IMG/VR virus record: IMGVR_UViG_3300033066_001917
Span: 64,001-128,000 of that record
Reading direction: 5' to 3' (one strand)
Origin: a virus
Taxonomy: Duplodnaviria; Caudoviricetes
Length of the DNA: 64,000 nucleotides
Part shown: positions 20,530 to 30,792 of the stretch, piece by piece
How the letters are laid out: each line of letters begins with the position of its first letter
Numbering within the stretch: position 1 is the first letter of the stretch
Position numbers and translations under genes: made by a program
Notes under the pieces: generated by a model
Database searches by the model: none
Seen by the model: the letters and a program-made list of their open reading frames with translations, nothing else
What the model was told of the DNA's origin: nothing

Positions 20530-21183
20530 ATGAACCTAAACTACAAAGATACTGTTGTTGCTCCCAAAGATGCTGTTCATCACATGATGCACATCCATGA
20601 AGATGAGGTTGTTCGAAAACCAAAAGGCCACTTTACCCTCGAACTTCGCGATCTAAAGGGCAATCTTTTGGACCGAAGGGAATCCGACAACATCATCACT
20701 TTAGACTGTGGTGTTTTTTCGGCTATGCATTTTGCAGCGGGTCCCAACCCATCACCCGCCGTTAGCGGATTAACCATGCTGTGTGTCGGGTCCGGGGCTA
20801 CGGGCTCTATTTTGAGTCCGGACTCTCCAGACCCGAGGCAAAGAATGCTCAATGCCGAGGTAACTTTGGGGCGTAAGCCGGTCACTGCCATTTATCGGAC
20901 AGGATCCGGAGCAGTTTCGTCCGTTCCTACTCACGTTGTAGATTTTACCGCCACTTTCGGAGAGGGTGAGGCCGTGGGACCCCTGAACGAAATGGGGCTG
21001 CTTCGTACGATTTCTCAAAACCCTCTAGTTCGAACACCAATTACACCCACCCCTGTTTTCCCGGCCTATGACCCTACGGTTAACCTTACTTTGTTCGATG
21101 TGATGATAAATTACGGTACCTTTGGTGTTATTACCAAACCGTCTGCGGCAAGTTTATCTTTTACATGGCGACTGACCTTCTGA
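20530..21183 (+). CDS. tail fibre/collar-like baseplate protein
   Basis: DNIIT, CVGSG, FTATFGEGEAVGPLNEMGL and terminal TWRLTF match the small tail-collar/gp53-like pattern. Confidence 0.65.
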   Translation: MNLNYKDTVVAPKDAVHHMMHIHEDEVVRKPKGHFTLELRDLKGNLLDRRESDNIITLDCGVFSAMHFAAGPNPSPAVSGLTMLCVGSGATGSILSPDSPDPRQRMLNAEVTLGRKPVTAIYRTGSGAVSSVPTHVVDFTATFGEGEAVGPLNEMGLLRTISQNPLVRTPITPTPVFPAYDPTVNLTLFDVMINYGTFGVITKPSAASLSFTWRLTF

Positions 21184-21215
21184 GTATTCTTCTATTCCCC
21201 GCAGAGGACTGACCC

Positions 21216-24200
21216 ATGCCAAACTACCGCCGTTACTTCACAGGTACAAGTGTCTCCAGGGATTTAGATCCGGGGGAACGATCTTGGGACGCCGTCATCT
21301 TCCAGTCTGGAAAACCCGTTCTAGATGCCGAACTTAATCTCCCACAATCGGCGGCAGACTACAACAGGTCTCTACTGGCCACCAAAGGTCTCCCTTCTGG
21401 TTTTGTGAGGTCACAATCAACTCTCAATTCCGCCGAGGACTTTGATTTCCCCCCCGCCGATCCTTCGGTGGCCAACAAATTTCTTATGCTGGCACAAACG
21501 GCTTTGGTGGCCGGAATGCCTGTAACGGTGGATCTAACCGCGGATACTACCGGGGGCTTCAACGTCATCACCCTTCCGGCACCTACAACTCATAGCAGTC
21601 CGGCCGACGTTCGAAGGACGGATTTTGTTTTTCTTGAGGTTTGGAGGGCCTTAGTATCCCCTTCCCCTAGAGCAACCGGGAGTATCACCATCAACAACCC
21701 TCTGACAATAGCTGATGGTGATACTGTGACGGTAAACACAACGGCGGTTGGAGGACCCTCGGTTGTGTTTACCGCAAGAACAGTTCCGGCTGTGGCGACC
21801 GATTTCCTAATCGGAGGGAGTGCAGCCACGACGGCCTCTGCTCTTGTAACGGCAATCAACAATCCTGTGAACGGTCTGTATCCGTCTTATGTTTCGGCTA
21901 GGAACAATGGTACAAACACAGTAACAGTGAATGCAACTTTTGGTGGGACAACAGGGAATACCATCACACTTGCCACGTCGGCTCCGGCTAATGTTACTTT
22001 GTCCGGTGGTACACTGACGGGGGGTGCCAATACAGGGAACAAGCCCACTCAGAACTCTCTGTATCATCACGGAAACGTTTTGAGTCTGACGGGCTCGAAT
22101 CTCGCGGAAGATTTGGTTGACCCTGCTTTGAATGTTGAAACCGCGCGTAGGATTCAAACTCAGTACAGGATTCGGGTCTATTCGAGCCAGTCTACCGGGG
22201 TAAATCCTAAAACCCAACCCGATGGTTTTAGTAACTCGGGGGTTTTAGCTCAGGGGTCCACGGGAGCTCCGGTAGCTTTGTATCCTTTCGTGCCCGCGGA
22301 TAAAACAACCGTAGCCTCTAACTCAAGCGCTGTAGCTTATGGCTTTGAGGATCCGGGTTTGTGGATTGCCGGTCGAGGTGATTCCGGTTCTGCAACGGCT
22401 CTGGGAACTGTGGATGGGTATGTTTACGCTATCCCTATTGCCATGATTTTTCGCCGATCCGATGCTACCGGGACTGGAGGCTTTGATCCGTTTAACAACG
22501 CACAGGGAGCACTCCCCATTGCTCATGCTAACAATTTCCCCAACACAAATCTTCCCGGTGGCCCCTACCTGATTCCTACGGCAAAAAGTGACAGACCTGA
22601 TGGGTTGTTTGCCGACATCATTGTTCGCTCCGACTTATTGGACATTAGGCGCCACGTGTCCCTTTCAGGTTTCGATTCGGAGACCGAATTGAAACTGCAA
22701 CTTCAGGGGTTGATGGATGGGTCCATCAATACTTGGATGGGGGATGCTTCGGACCTTGGGATGATAGGAAACGGAACTGGTGGTATGTCTCCCACTCCGT
22801 TGATGTGTGATGAGATTGGTCGGGAGAATTCCAACGGTGGTGTTGCACCTATTTCTGGGGATACCACCGTTGGAACAACGATCCGTAACTTTGATCACAT
22901 CGCCAGAAGGTTCGCCAGCCAATCCGTTGTGGAGAGGGTGGTTTTCGAGGTTCCAGTTGCCGGGCCTTATGCAACCGGGATTTCGGTTACCAAGTCCGGT
23001 GGTACCTCAAATTGGCACGAAGATGATGAGATCACTATTGACTTTGGGGATCTGAATCCAACCACCCTTCAGACTTGGGGCACCGCGTCTGTACCCGGAG
23101 TTGCAGTTACTTCGTTTTGGCCTTCGGGAACTATGGTGACGGATGTTCTCGTGTCCTATCACGACGACGGTCACAGTACATCTCCGGTCTCTCAGGAAGT
23201 AGTTTTCAAAAGGATAGAGGGTATTGGAACCCCGCAAATTAAATTCATCCTGGACGCCAATTTGCAAACAGTGAACGGTGGTGGTACCGTTGGCAATGGC
23301 CCCATGGTAGATGTGGGCGGGTCGGATCTTGGTTCCGATCGTAGGCTTTTTCTAGAGTTAGAGGTCACGTATCCAACGGGATATGGCCTTACCAAAACTC
23401 CATTGGATCAAGCCCCGGAACCAACTCCTGGGTCCAATTACCCTGGCTATGATAACGGCGGGTCCATTGTTGAGAATGATAGGACTCAGCGACCCCCTGA
23501 GATGCGCTCTACTTGGGTACCAAAACCTGCATTTAGAAACGGCTTTCGTGAAGTGACATTGGAGCAGATTTCTGCTCCCTCTGGGACTTTCATCACGGAC
23601 AATCTAGTTACACGAAACGGTTCTAGTGTCTATACTCCCCGTCGAGTATGGTCCTCAACAGGGCTTACGGCTAACGCCGGAGCAGCAATTGCCGCTTACG
23701 GGAGCTCAACCCGCCTTGTGACGCTAACCGGAGCTCCGGTAGCAAATCAAACGGAAGTAGCTGTAACTTATTATAGCCAGGATCCAATTCCAAACTCTGG
23801 TGCAGATGGCTATCAAGTAGGTGTGTACTACAACGCCTATGCTCCACAGACAGCAGGTGCACAGTCCGGTGGCGTTCCCACCACACTCCTCCCCACCGAG
23901 GTTCCCATCGAAGTCTTGGCCGTGTCTGGAACCATGATGACGGGGCAGACGGGTAAGGGTAGCTCACAACTCCCTTATCCTTATGTCAACCCGCTGGAGC
24001 AAATCGCAACGGCTACCGATCCCCCTATCGGGTCTGACCCAAAGGAATGGTATTTCAGTGCTACGGCTGACGTATCCGTAAGTGACTTCAACGCCGGAAC
24101 AGGGCTTTTGAGTCTCCACAATTTTGTGCCCGTAGACGGATCTAATAGGATCGTTCTTGGATCAACCACCGCCGGTCGGGGCACAGAAACAGATGCCGAA

Positions 24201-24488
24201 GGCCGGGTCTATTATGATTATGTGAACCATGAAGGTTACAAGCCTGCAAGCATGTCCCAGCCTTTAGTTGGAGCAGTGCGGCACAAAAATTTCACCCCTT
24301 TGCTTGTTCGATCTCTCGTGGACACCCGGCTGTTTAGGAAGGGGGACGTTCTTCTCGTGGTGCTCAGTCGATTCGCCGACCTGGACCGGCAGAATTCGAT
24401 TGGCTTCACTGATGTCCCTTCAATTAGGACTGCCGCAGCCATTTATCGGTGCAAGAACCTACCACTTCTCCCTTCCCCCCCAGTTTGA
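21216..24488 (+). CDS. virion structural protein (N-terminus DUF4815/DUF6519-like)
   Basis: VIFQSGKPVLDAELN, RTDFVFLEVW and GTVDGYVYAIPI..IFRR; GAGGA SD. Confidence 0.6.
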   Translation: MPNYRRYFTGTSVSRDLDPGERSWDAVIFQSGKPVLDAELNLPQSAADYNRSLLATKGLPSGFVRSQSTLNSAEDFDFPPADPSVANKFLMLAQTALVAGMPVTVDLTADTTGGFNVITLPAPTTHSSPADVRRTDFVFLEVWRALVSPSPRATGSITINNPLTIADGDTVTVNTTAVGGPSVVFTARTVPAVATDFLIGGSAATTASALVTAINNPVNGLYPSYVSARNNGTNTVTVNATFGGTTGNTITLATSAPANVTLSGGTLTGGANTGNKPTQNSLYHHGNVLSLTGSNLAEDLVDPALNVETARRIQTQYRIRVYSSQSTGVNPKTQPDGFSNSGVLAQGSTGAPVALYPFVPADKTTVASNSSAVAYGFEDPGLWIAGRGDSGSATALGTVDGYVYAIPIAMIFRRSDATGTGGFDPFNNAQGALPIAHANNFPNTNLPGGPYLIPTAKSDRPDGLFADIIVRSDLLDIRRHVSLSGFDSETELKLQLQGLMDGSINTWMGDASDLGMIGNGTGGMSPTPLMCDEIGRENSNGGVAPISGDTTVGTTIRNFDHIARRFASQSVVERVVFEVPVAGPYATGISVTKSGGTSNWHEDDEITIDFGDLNPTTLQTWGTASVPGVAVTSFWPSGTMVTDVLVSYHDDGHSTSPVSQEVVFKRIEGIGTPQIKFILDANLQTVNGGGTVGNGPMVDVGGSDLGSDRRLFLELEVTYPTGYGLTKTPLDQAPEPTPGSNYPGYDNGGSIVENDRTQRPPEMRSTWVPKPAFRNGFREVTLEQISAPSGTFITDNLVTRNGSSVYTPRRVWSSTGLTANAGAAIAAYGSSTRLVTLTGAPVANQTEVAVTYYSQDPIPNSGADGYQVGVYYNAYAPQTAGAQSGGVPTTLLPTEVPIEVLAVSGTMMTGQTGKGSSQLPYPYVNPLEQIATATDPPIGSDPKEWYFSATADVSVSDFNAGTGLLSLHNFVPVDGSNRIVLGSTTAGRGTETDAEGRVYYDYVNHEGYKPASMSQPLVGAVRHKNFTPLLVRSLVDTRLFRKGDVLLVVLSRFADLDRQNSIGFTDVPSIRTAAAIYRCKNLPLLPSPPV

Positions 24489-24498
24489 GGAATGACTG

Positions 24499-27400
24499 AT
24501 GCCTAGAGTAATAGACCCCTCCACAATCTCCATGGGCGCTGGTACCTCGGATTCTTCCGGTGGTTCTCAACAACCCTTGACCGCTCACTTATTCGATGCG
24601 GGTGCCTCGCACGCATCAGCTTCCGTGACAAATGAGGATCCTTATGGATTGTGGTCCGGTAGAAGTGTGCAGAATGCGCTGGGGGACATATCATCCCTTA
24701 TCCCACCCACACCCGGCCCTATTGGTTCTTCCGGTGTGGCTTGGCTTGGGTCTACCAATTCCGGTGTTCCTGATTGGGGAATCTTAAAGTTACATGATGG
24801 GATCCTAACCCCAACTGGTAATACCACGGCCGATGTCCGTGGGGTTTATCCTTACTACTATCGGGCTCCTTTGAGTTCAGGTGGTGTCGGGATGACCGGA
24901 GCAGGAGTGGATAGCGCGACAGACCCAACATTCAATTACTACGACGGTGTCTCATACGCCTCGTATACAGGTTGTGGGGAAGGTAAAGCCCATGCAGGAT
25001 TCGCGACCGTTTCGATGGGGGGTGCTCCGGCCGATGGTTATCCTTCCTGGAGGATCCTTCCTCCTATCACCAACCCAGCAGTGGTTGTTAGTGGAATCGT
25101 TAGTCCGGCAGATCGTGGTGTCCTTGCACTGGTAAAATGGTCGGCTGGTACAACCTCTCTTCCCGGAGCATTGACCACTACATCTGCTGTTTTGGACCGA
25201 TGCCCAGCGGCCCTTCTTCTTGGGAAAGGGTTGTCGGGTGATGATGGAGAACCAGGGGGCATTTTCGTTGAAGAAAGTGGTGATGGGCGTGCCGTAGGGA
25301 CCATCACCTATGGTGCCAACCCAGCAGCTCCGTATACAATCACGATTGACCTTACTTCAATTGGTCTTTCCGTTGCAAGGTTCAATGCTGTTGCTGTTGC
25401 GACCGGGGCCCCCATGGAGTTCGTTCGCTCCGGTACGGCTTCGGTTACAGCATCCAATTTAGCTACGGCTATCAATGCCGTTCTATTCCCCGGTGTCCTT
25501 GTGGCTAGGCCCTCTGGAACCACGGTCACCGTTACTTTGGCGAGACCGGGCACGGAAGGTAACTTGGTGAATTTTGCAGATGGTTCCGGAGTCCTCACTC
25601 TGGTTCAACCTACGGGTGGCACCAGCTCCAACAATAGTCCTTACAATGTCCCCGGTCGGGTTGGGGGTCAATATAACCTGGACGAACTACACACTGGAGC
25701 TAGTACCACGTCTGGTCCAAGTCCTTTTCTCAATCCCGCAGCGGGACAAGTTCGTCTCCTTAGTGATTCTAGGGCTTTTCCAGGTGCCGTAACCCCCACA
25801 ACCGCGGGTGGTATCCCTATTCTGGGTGCTACCACATCGGCAATCGGGACAAACGCTGCTACCTATCTGCCTTACGGATTGGGTGGGGGTACCGACGGTA
25901 ATTTTTTCGCGTACCGTCTTCCATACCTTGCGGATTACAGTGTAGCAACGGGGCTGGTTAATACCCCCTCTGGTGAAAAGGTCAGATACACTACTAAGAT
26001 AGGTCCGGCTACGGCTGGGTCTTTGACCAGTGCGGGTGCCTACGATGATTTCCAACGAGACTTCTGGCCCTATCAGGTAGCCCGATACCGACACAGGTTT
26101 GTGATTGGCACAGGAGCTCCCGGGTCCTTGCGTCGTGATGGTAGTTACGCTCTGGTTCACTTCCGAACGGAAGCGGCGTTTGAGGCATACGTTCGCGACG
26201 GTGTCATCCCTACAGATGACCACTTGTATTCCGTAAACATGGTCTCCTGGGCTGGTTCGGCCCAACTTCTCAACCTCCTGGATGACACGTCCCCGGCAAC
26301 AATTTCAACGTCCTACCACCTACACGCATCTGAAATCGAAGAGGATCCCAATAATGGTGTGGCCCCAACATTAGGTGGTGGTAGTAGCTGGACTCTCACC
26401 TCAACACTTGACTCCACTTGGTATTCGGGAATTCGGTATCTTGTACCCAGGTCCCCTGGTGCTCCTTCCTCTCCTGCTCTGGGGATCACTGGATTGAATA
26501 TTTCCTTCTCCGGATTGTTCAATGCTACGTATCGAACACACGATAAGATCCCTCTTTCTGGACCTTTGTCCGCGGATAACAGAGCGTATGCCCTGAACAT
26601 GAACCCGGCTTTCATCTCCCTGTCTTCTTTCATTGGTCAGGGAACAGAAACCCCTGTGGCAAGTGGGATCTCGATTGGGTCTATGGCTCTTTTCCCAGGT
26701 GGGTTGGGTGAGGTCCGTCGCCAAAGAATTGAGTTGGGGTACGCGGATCTGACGGGTGGATCGGACTCTCCATCCACTGGAACTTCGGCGACCATAGTTG
26801 CAGGGTCTGTGTTGGCAACTAGTATCACATTCGAGGGTGATACGGATACTCCTGTATTTACCCAGAATGCTAAACTTCGTGTGTTCCTTCGGCGTCCTCT
26901 TGGTGTGGACCCAACAACGGGATATCCCCTCCCTTATGTCGGTGGTAACACCGGATCTTCTCGCGGGTTCACCATCTCGGAAACCGTTGGAGATCAAATC
27001 CTATATCACTCCATGAAGGAAACCAATACGGCACCCTCTTCTGAGACTGTTATGTATGGGAATCCGGCGGATCCTGCCAAAGTTGTATTCAATGCAACAA
27101 AGGACAGATCCGAGAGGTTTTTGGATGAAGTCTATAGGTATCCGCAAGACTGGTCCCCACTACCTAGCGGAAACGATTTGGATCAACTCTTAGGGCCCGG
27201 TCTGCCACACGGTGTTTCAGTTGTAAACGTTCCGGTTCGCCCCGTTGCGGCATCCAGTTATGAGGGGTATTACAATCAGGGTTACCACTCGGATCCGACC
27301 TATTTGACAACTCATCCGGAAGCCCAAGTGGCGGGGATGCCCGCCCGAAATCCTTCTTCTTTGGAGGGGTTGCTTGCTCCGGCTCCAAGTCGTGGAGTTC

Positions 27401-27966
27401 TTATCTATCCCCAGAAAGACTACTCCGCGGGCTACACTCCTGTAGGTGCTGATTACACGGGGTGTTCTGGATCCCGGGTCTACATTAGGGCTTTCAACGG
27501 TCGTTCGGCTAACGTGGGTGCAACCACCCTTCGATTCAAAATCTGGGGGGTTGAGTTGGTAGACTTTGCCTATTCCGCTCCGGGCCCCGGAAACGCAAAT
27601 CTCTCTATCGGAATCAAGATCCCGGGTAAAACTTCATGGATGGATGCGGGTAGGGCTGATGGGGATGGTCCATCAAAGCAGGATCCCGCTCTGGATGGGG
27701 CAGGATGCCTTGTGGTCGGTGCTAACACATTTGATGCTACTGACCCGGAAACACAAATCCGATACGCTCAGATCGAAGTGAATCTGGGAGCCTCGGGCGC
27801 TCTCTTCCTCAACACGGAAACTCCAGCAAGGTGCCCTATTCTTTTTGCCATAGGGTTCAATGATACCGTTGCGGCCAAAGCCTATAACTTTGAGCAGGGT
27901 GGGGAGGACGGACCAACGGTTTCGTGTCGTGGTTTTGTAGGTGTCGACCTCATCTATCCGGCCTGA
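24499..27966 (+). CDS. virion structural protein
   Basis: 1155 aa, Gly/Pro/Ser/Thr-rich; last gene of the block; GAGGA SD. Confidence 0.65.
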   Translation: MPRVIDPSTISMGAGTSDSSGGSQQPLTAHLFDAGASHASASVTNEDPYGLWSGRSVQNALGDISSLIPPTPGPIGSSGVAWLGSTNSGVPDWGILKLHDGILTPTGNTTADVRGVYPYYYRAPLSSGGVGMTGAGVDSATDPTFNYYDGVSYASYTGCGEGKAHAGFATVSMGGAPADGYPSWRILPPITNPAVVVSGIVSPADRGVLALVKWSAGTTSLPGALTTTSAVLDRCPAALLLGKGLSGDDGEPGGIFVEESGDGRAVGTITYGANPAAPYTITIDLTSIGLSVARFNAVAVATGAPMEFVRSGTASVTASNLATAINAVLFPGVLVARPSGTTVTVTLARPGTEGNLVNFADGSGVLTLVQPTGGTSSNNSPYNVPGRVGGQYNLDELHTGASTTSGPSPFLNPAAGQVRLLSDSRAFPGAVTPTTAGGIPILGATTSAIGTNAATYLPYGLGGGTDGNFFAYRLPYLADYSVATGLVNTPSGEKVRYTTKIGPATAGSLTSAGAYDDFQRDFWPYQVARYRHRFVIGTGAPGSLRRDGSYALVHFRTEAAFEAYVRDGVIPTDDHLYSVNMVSWAGSAQLLNLLDDTSPATISTSYHLHASEIEEDPNNGVAPTLGGGSSWTLTSTLDSTWYSGIRYLVPRSPGAPSSPALGITGLNISFSGLFNATYRTHDKIPLSGPLSADNRAYALNMNPAFISLSSFIGQGTETPVASGISIGSMALFPGGLGEVRRQRIELGYADLTGGSDSPSTGTSATIVAGSVLATSITFEGDTDTPVFTQNAKLRVFLRRPLGVDPTTGYPLPYVGGNTGSSRGFTISETVGDQILYHSMKETNTAPSSETVMYGNPADPAKVVFNATKDRSERFLDEVYRYPQDWSPLPSGNDLDQLLGPGLPHGVSVVNVPVRPVAASSYEGYYNQGYHSDPTYLTTHPEAQVAGMPARNPSSLEGLLAPAPSRGVLIYPQKDYSAGYTPVGADYTGCSGSRVYIRAFNGRSANVGATTLRFKIWGVELVDFAYSAPGPGNANLSIGIKIPGKTSWMDAGRADGDGPSKQDPALDGAGCLVVGANTFDATDPETQIRYAQIEVNLGASGALFLNTETPARCPILFAIGFNDTVAAKAYNFEQGGEDGPTVSCRGFVGVDLIYPA

Positions 27967-28763
27967 TTGTCTAGATAAGACAACCATTCCTCGTGATTGT
28001 CTTTGTAGCTTCCTTTTATCCCACCTTTTCTTTTTTCTAACAGGCAGAAAGCTTGTGGGGTCATCCTCTTCCCTTCGGATATCCAACAGGGCACCCTCAA
28101 GGTTTTCGCATAAGCCATGGTATCAATAGATTTCCCCTGATATCCCTTCGTTCCGATATATGGGGGATCAATGTAGACCTTCCCTTTGGCGGGTTTGACA
28201 AGAGCAATGTCGGAGCATATCCCGGTGATTCCTACCATAGATGCTGATAGTTGTGCGACTCTATCATAGAGTGTTTCCGGGGATGGTCTCATGGGGAAGT
28301 GGTTACATTTAGGGCCACATCCACAAGTTTTCCGAAAACCTTCGTGCTCCCATTTTCCATTCCACCCGATAGCCCTTCCCCCCCAAGACCCAGCTTGAAG
28401 GACCAAAAATACCGCGGGTCGATCTTTTTCATCCGGTATCTGATTAGACAGCCACCGGAAATGATCGTGCATTCGATCTTTCGCTGGAAAATCCCGGATA
28501 AGGTTACCTAGGGTTGATAAAGGGAAAGTCCCGCAACCGATCTCTCTCCATACCTCACCCCAAGGACCAGCATCCACCATAAAGATTTTTGATGTGGGGT
28601 GCCCTCGTCGAGCCAGCTCTAGGGAAACAGAGCCCGCCCCACAGCAAAGATCCCAAAAGTCGTCTTCCGGGTTGGGCCTAATGAGGTCTATAATCTCACC
28701 AGCAAACTTTGCTTTCCCACCCTGGTATGGGGTGGGACTGGGGGGCACATAGTTTACTTTCAT
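27954..28763 (-). CDS. DNA adenine methyltransferase (Dam/D12 class)
   Basis: PYQGGK, DLCCGAGSV and VYIDPPY; start at 28763 by TAATG coupling. Confidence 0.8.
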   Translation of the reverse strand: MKVNYVPPSPTPYQGGKAKFAGEIIDLIRPNPEDDFWDLCCGAGSVSLELARRGHPTSKIFMVDAGPWGEVWREIGCGTFPLSTLGNLIRDFPAKDRMHDHFRWLSNQIPDEKDRPAVFLVLQAGSWGGRAIGWNGKWEHEGFRKTCGCGPKCNHFPMRPSPETLYDRVAQLSASMVGITGICSDIALVKPAKGKVYIDPPYIGTKGYQGKSIDTMAYAKTLRVPCWISEGKRMTPQAFCLLEKRKGGIKGSYKDNHEEWLSYLDNQAG

Positions 28764-29524
28764 TACGCCCTTAAGAATTTCAGTTCGCAAAACCCATGCC
28801 CAATGTAAAACTTAGCATCCTTCTGGTTGAAATTTGTAACCTCGATATCAAGTGGGGATGTTTGATCTACAGTGTGGGAGATGACTTTCGTGGTAACTTT
28901 GACCCCTATTCCGGCATATGCCGGGTGATCTATTACCAGAATCTCCATACCCGCGGAGAACTTAATTCTCTCCATAGTTAGCACGGAAATGGTGGCCATG
29001 GGGGGTATGTGGATGTAATCCGAACCGCTTATGATGGAGGATGGATTTTTTCTTGGGTCCGCAACTGCGCTTTGAACTCTTACTAGCTTAATATTCCCAC
29101 TTGCTCTGGGAAAATAAGATTTCCCCAGTAGACCGTACTGTGGTTCCCCCGCCGGATGATCTACATAATCCACCAGTACGTCCCCTACCAGAATTGCATC
29201 AGAAGTTTTGGTCTCTTTAGGGGCAGGTAGATTGGGTGTGGATCCTTTTGGTTCCGGTGCTCCAGGGGAGAGGGCTTGAATCTGTTTAGTCAGATCCATT
29301 AGCCATGTTCCCCAGTCACTAACCAATTCTCCAGTCTCCAGATCCTCTTCCCTATCCTCGATGAATCGAAGAATGGGGGTGATATCTCGCAGGGGATACA
29401 AGTCGTCCACAACCTCGATAAGGCAATCCACCAGGGGTCGATTGCCAATGAGATATTGGTTCAAAGCATCTCCCAATTGGTGATTTTTTTCTCTAGCCCA
29501 TGTAATCTGATCGTGAGGATCCAT
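28763..29524 (-). CDS. protein with C-terminal degenerate dUTPase/dCTP-deaminase-like domain
   Basis: The spacing of IPPMATISVLTMERIKF...GIGV...LDIEVTN...IGHGFCELKF resembles the trimeric dUTPase fold, but catalytic motifs are absent. Confidence 0.45.
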   Translation of the reverse strand: MDPHDQITWAREKNHQLGDALNQYLIGNRPLVDCLIEVVDDLYPLRDITPILRFIEDREEDLETGELVSDWGTWLMDLTKQIQALSPGAPEPKGSTPNLPAPKETKTSDAILVGDVLVDYVDHPAGEPQYGLLGKSYFPRASGNIKLVRVQSAVADPRKNPSSIISGSDYIHIPPMATISVLTMERIKFSAGMEILVIDHPAYAGIGVKVTTKVISHTVDQTSPLDIEVTNFNQKDAKFYIGHGFCELKFLRA

Positions 29525-29561
29525 GATGCCTTTTACCCCTCTATCACGACCTACTTAGGAT

Positions 29562-29990
29562 ATGACGGAGCAGATCAAAGAGATCCGCGGAATTTTAGCA
29601 GTATTGGACCCATGCTTTCCCCTGGACAAGTCCATACGTTATTCAGGTCTTGAGTTGTTTGAAGACCGTGGTTGGAGGATTCTCCCCCAGGAGTCAATTG
29701 GTGACCCAAGTCTCCATACGGCTCTTATTCTTGATTTTGGTAATGGGGTTGTGAAGTTGTGCCCACACACTATTCGGGCCGAGTTTTGCTCGGTGGGATC
29801 CGAAACGAGGGACGGGATTCTAAGATCGATGGGAATGCAAATCCTGGAAGAATCAGGAACCACCAACACAACGGTATTGTTGAGGGTTCCTAAAACCCAA
29901 TCCGTTTTGGATTCTTTGGTCTACCTGAAAAACTCAGGTATTACCACTTCTTTGGATTTGATTTTTGTTCAAGCCGTAGTTTCGACTTGA
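29562..29990 (+). CDS. hypothetical protein
   Basis: 142-aa ORF filling the gap between two minus-strand genes. Confidence 0.55.
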   Translation: MTEQIKEIRGILAVLDPCFPLDKSIRYSGLELFEDRGWRILPQESIGDPSLHTALILDFGNGVVKLCPHTIRAEFCSVGSETRDGILRSMGMQILEESGTTNTTVLLRVPKTQSVLDSLVYLKNSGITTSLDLIFVQAVVST

Positions 29991-30352
29991 GGGGCTTCAG
30001 GCTGCGGTGCTTCCGTCGGGATGGCAACAGTTGCCACCCCGAGTTTCTCGGTCCGAGCTTTGACCCAAGTCCGAAGCGTAGGGGGGCTTACATTGAGGGT
30101 TTTCGCCGCCTTGTAAACGACTCCACCGGCTTCCCCCAAGGCTTTGTCAATGACCGACTCCTCAACGCCACGAAGGGTACCATACCGCTTCCGAGCCACA
30201 TTCTCTGGCCAACAAGCCGGGTGCGCCTGAACTCGCTGGTGCAGGGCTTGGCGGGTGATGCCAAGCGCAGCCGCAGCTTTCACCATGTTGCCACCCTCCT
30301 TCTCCAGTGCAGATTTGGTCGCCGACATCTCATCATTGCTCAGTGTTTTCAT
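29969..30352 (-). CDS. tandem Fis-type HTH DNA-binding protein
   Basis: Two copies: ALEKEGGNMVKAAAALGITRQALHQR and ALGEAGGVVYKAAKTLNVSPPTLRTW. Confidence 0.8.
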   Translation of the reverse strand: MKTLSNDEMSATKSALEKEGGNMVKAAAALGITRQALHQRVQAHPACWPENVARKRYGTLRGVEESVIDKALGEAGGVVYKAAKTLNVSPPTLRTWVKARTEKLGVATVAIPTEAPQPEAPQVETTA

Positions 30353-30376
30353 ATGTCTCTCTCTTTCCTTGCGGAG

Positions 30377-30449
30377 CGTGGCCGATGGGAGTCGAACCCA
30401 CTAACACCTGGATTTAGAATCCGGGCCCTTGCCGTTCGGGCACGACCAC
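30377..30449 (-). tRNA. amber suppressor tRNA, anticodon CUA
   Basis: Reverse complement folds as GTGGTCG-TG-CCC GAACGGCAA GGG-C-CCGGA TT CTA AA TCCAG-GTGTTA-GTGGG TTCGACT CCCAT-CGGCCAC-G. One C.A mismatch in the anticodon stem; no encoded CCA. Confidence 0.85.
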
Positions 30450-30567
30450 GGTTGATACTTACGTCCTGGCTTTTACTCTGACTCGAAATCCGAAAGAAAA
30501 TCTTCTCCCATGATGTCTCTTTTTTTAACCCAATCCAGAAGTTTCTGGCGACCTCACGCTCATAATT

Positions 30568-30792
30568 TCACCTCACTCTAAAAATGCGATAGGTTTGATC
30601 CCCTACTGTCCGGTCCACGTACTCTCCTTTTTGAGTTAAGGGGTCGAATTCGATTCTGATTCTCCGACCAAAATCAAGTCGAAGTAGCTCTTCGAAAATG
30701 CTATCTTCGCTCGGGTCGTACTCACAAAGACCACATATAGAGTTGGTCTTCACATTCCCACACACTGCGCAAATTTCTTGTCTCATACTCAT
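30568..30792 (-). CDS. small Cys-rich (CxxC...CxxC) protein
   Basis: 74 aa; ATGA-coupled to the AAA ATPase. Confidence 0.6.
   Translation of the reverse strand: MSMRQEICAVCGNVKTNSICGLCEYDPSEDSIFEELLRLDFGRRIRIEFDPLTQKGEYVDRTVGDQTYRIFRVR

Noticed and set aside
30377-30449. Pyrrolysine tRNA
   Set aside because: It has a canonical D-loop GG, a TTCGA T-loop, 2 nt between the acceptor and D stems and a 6-nt variable region; no pyl genes are seen
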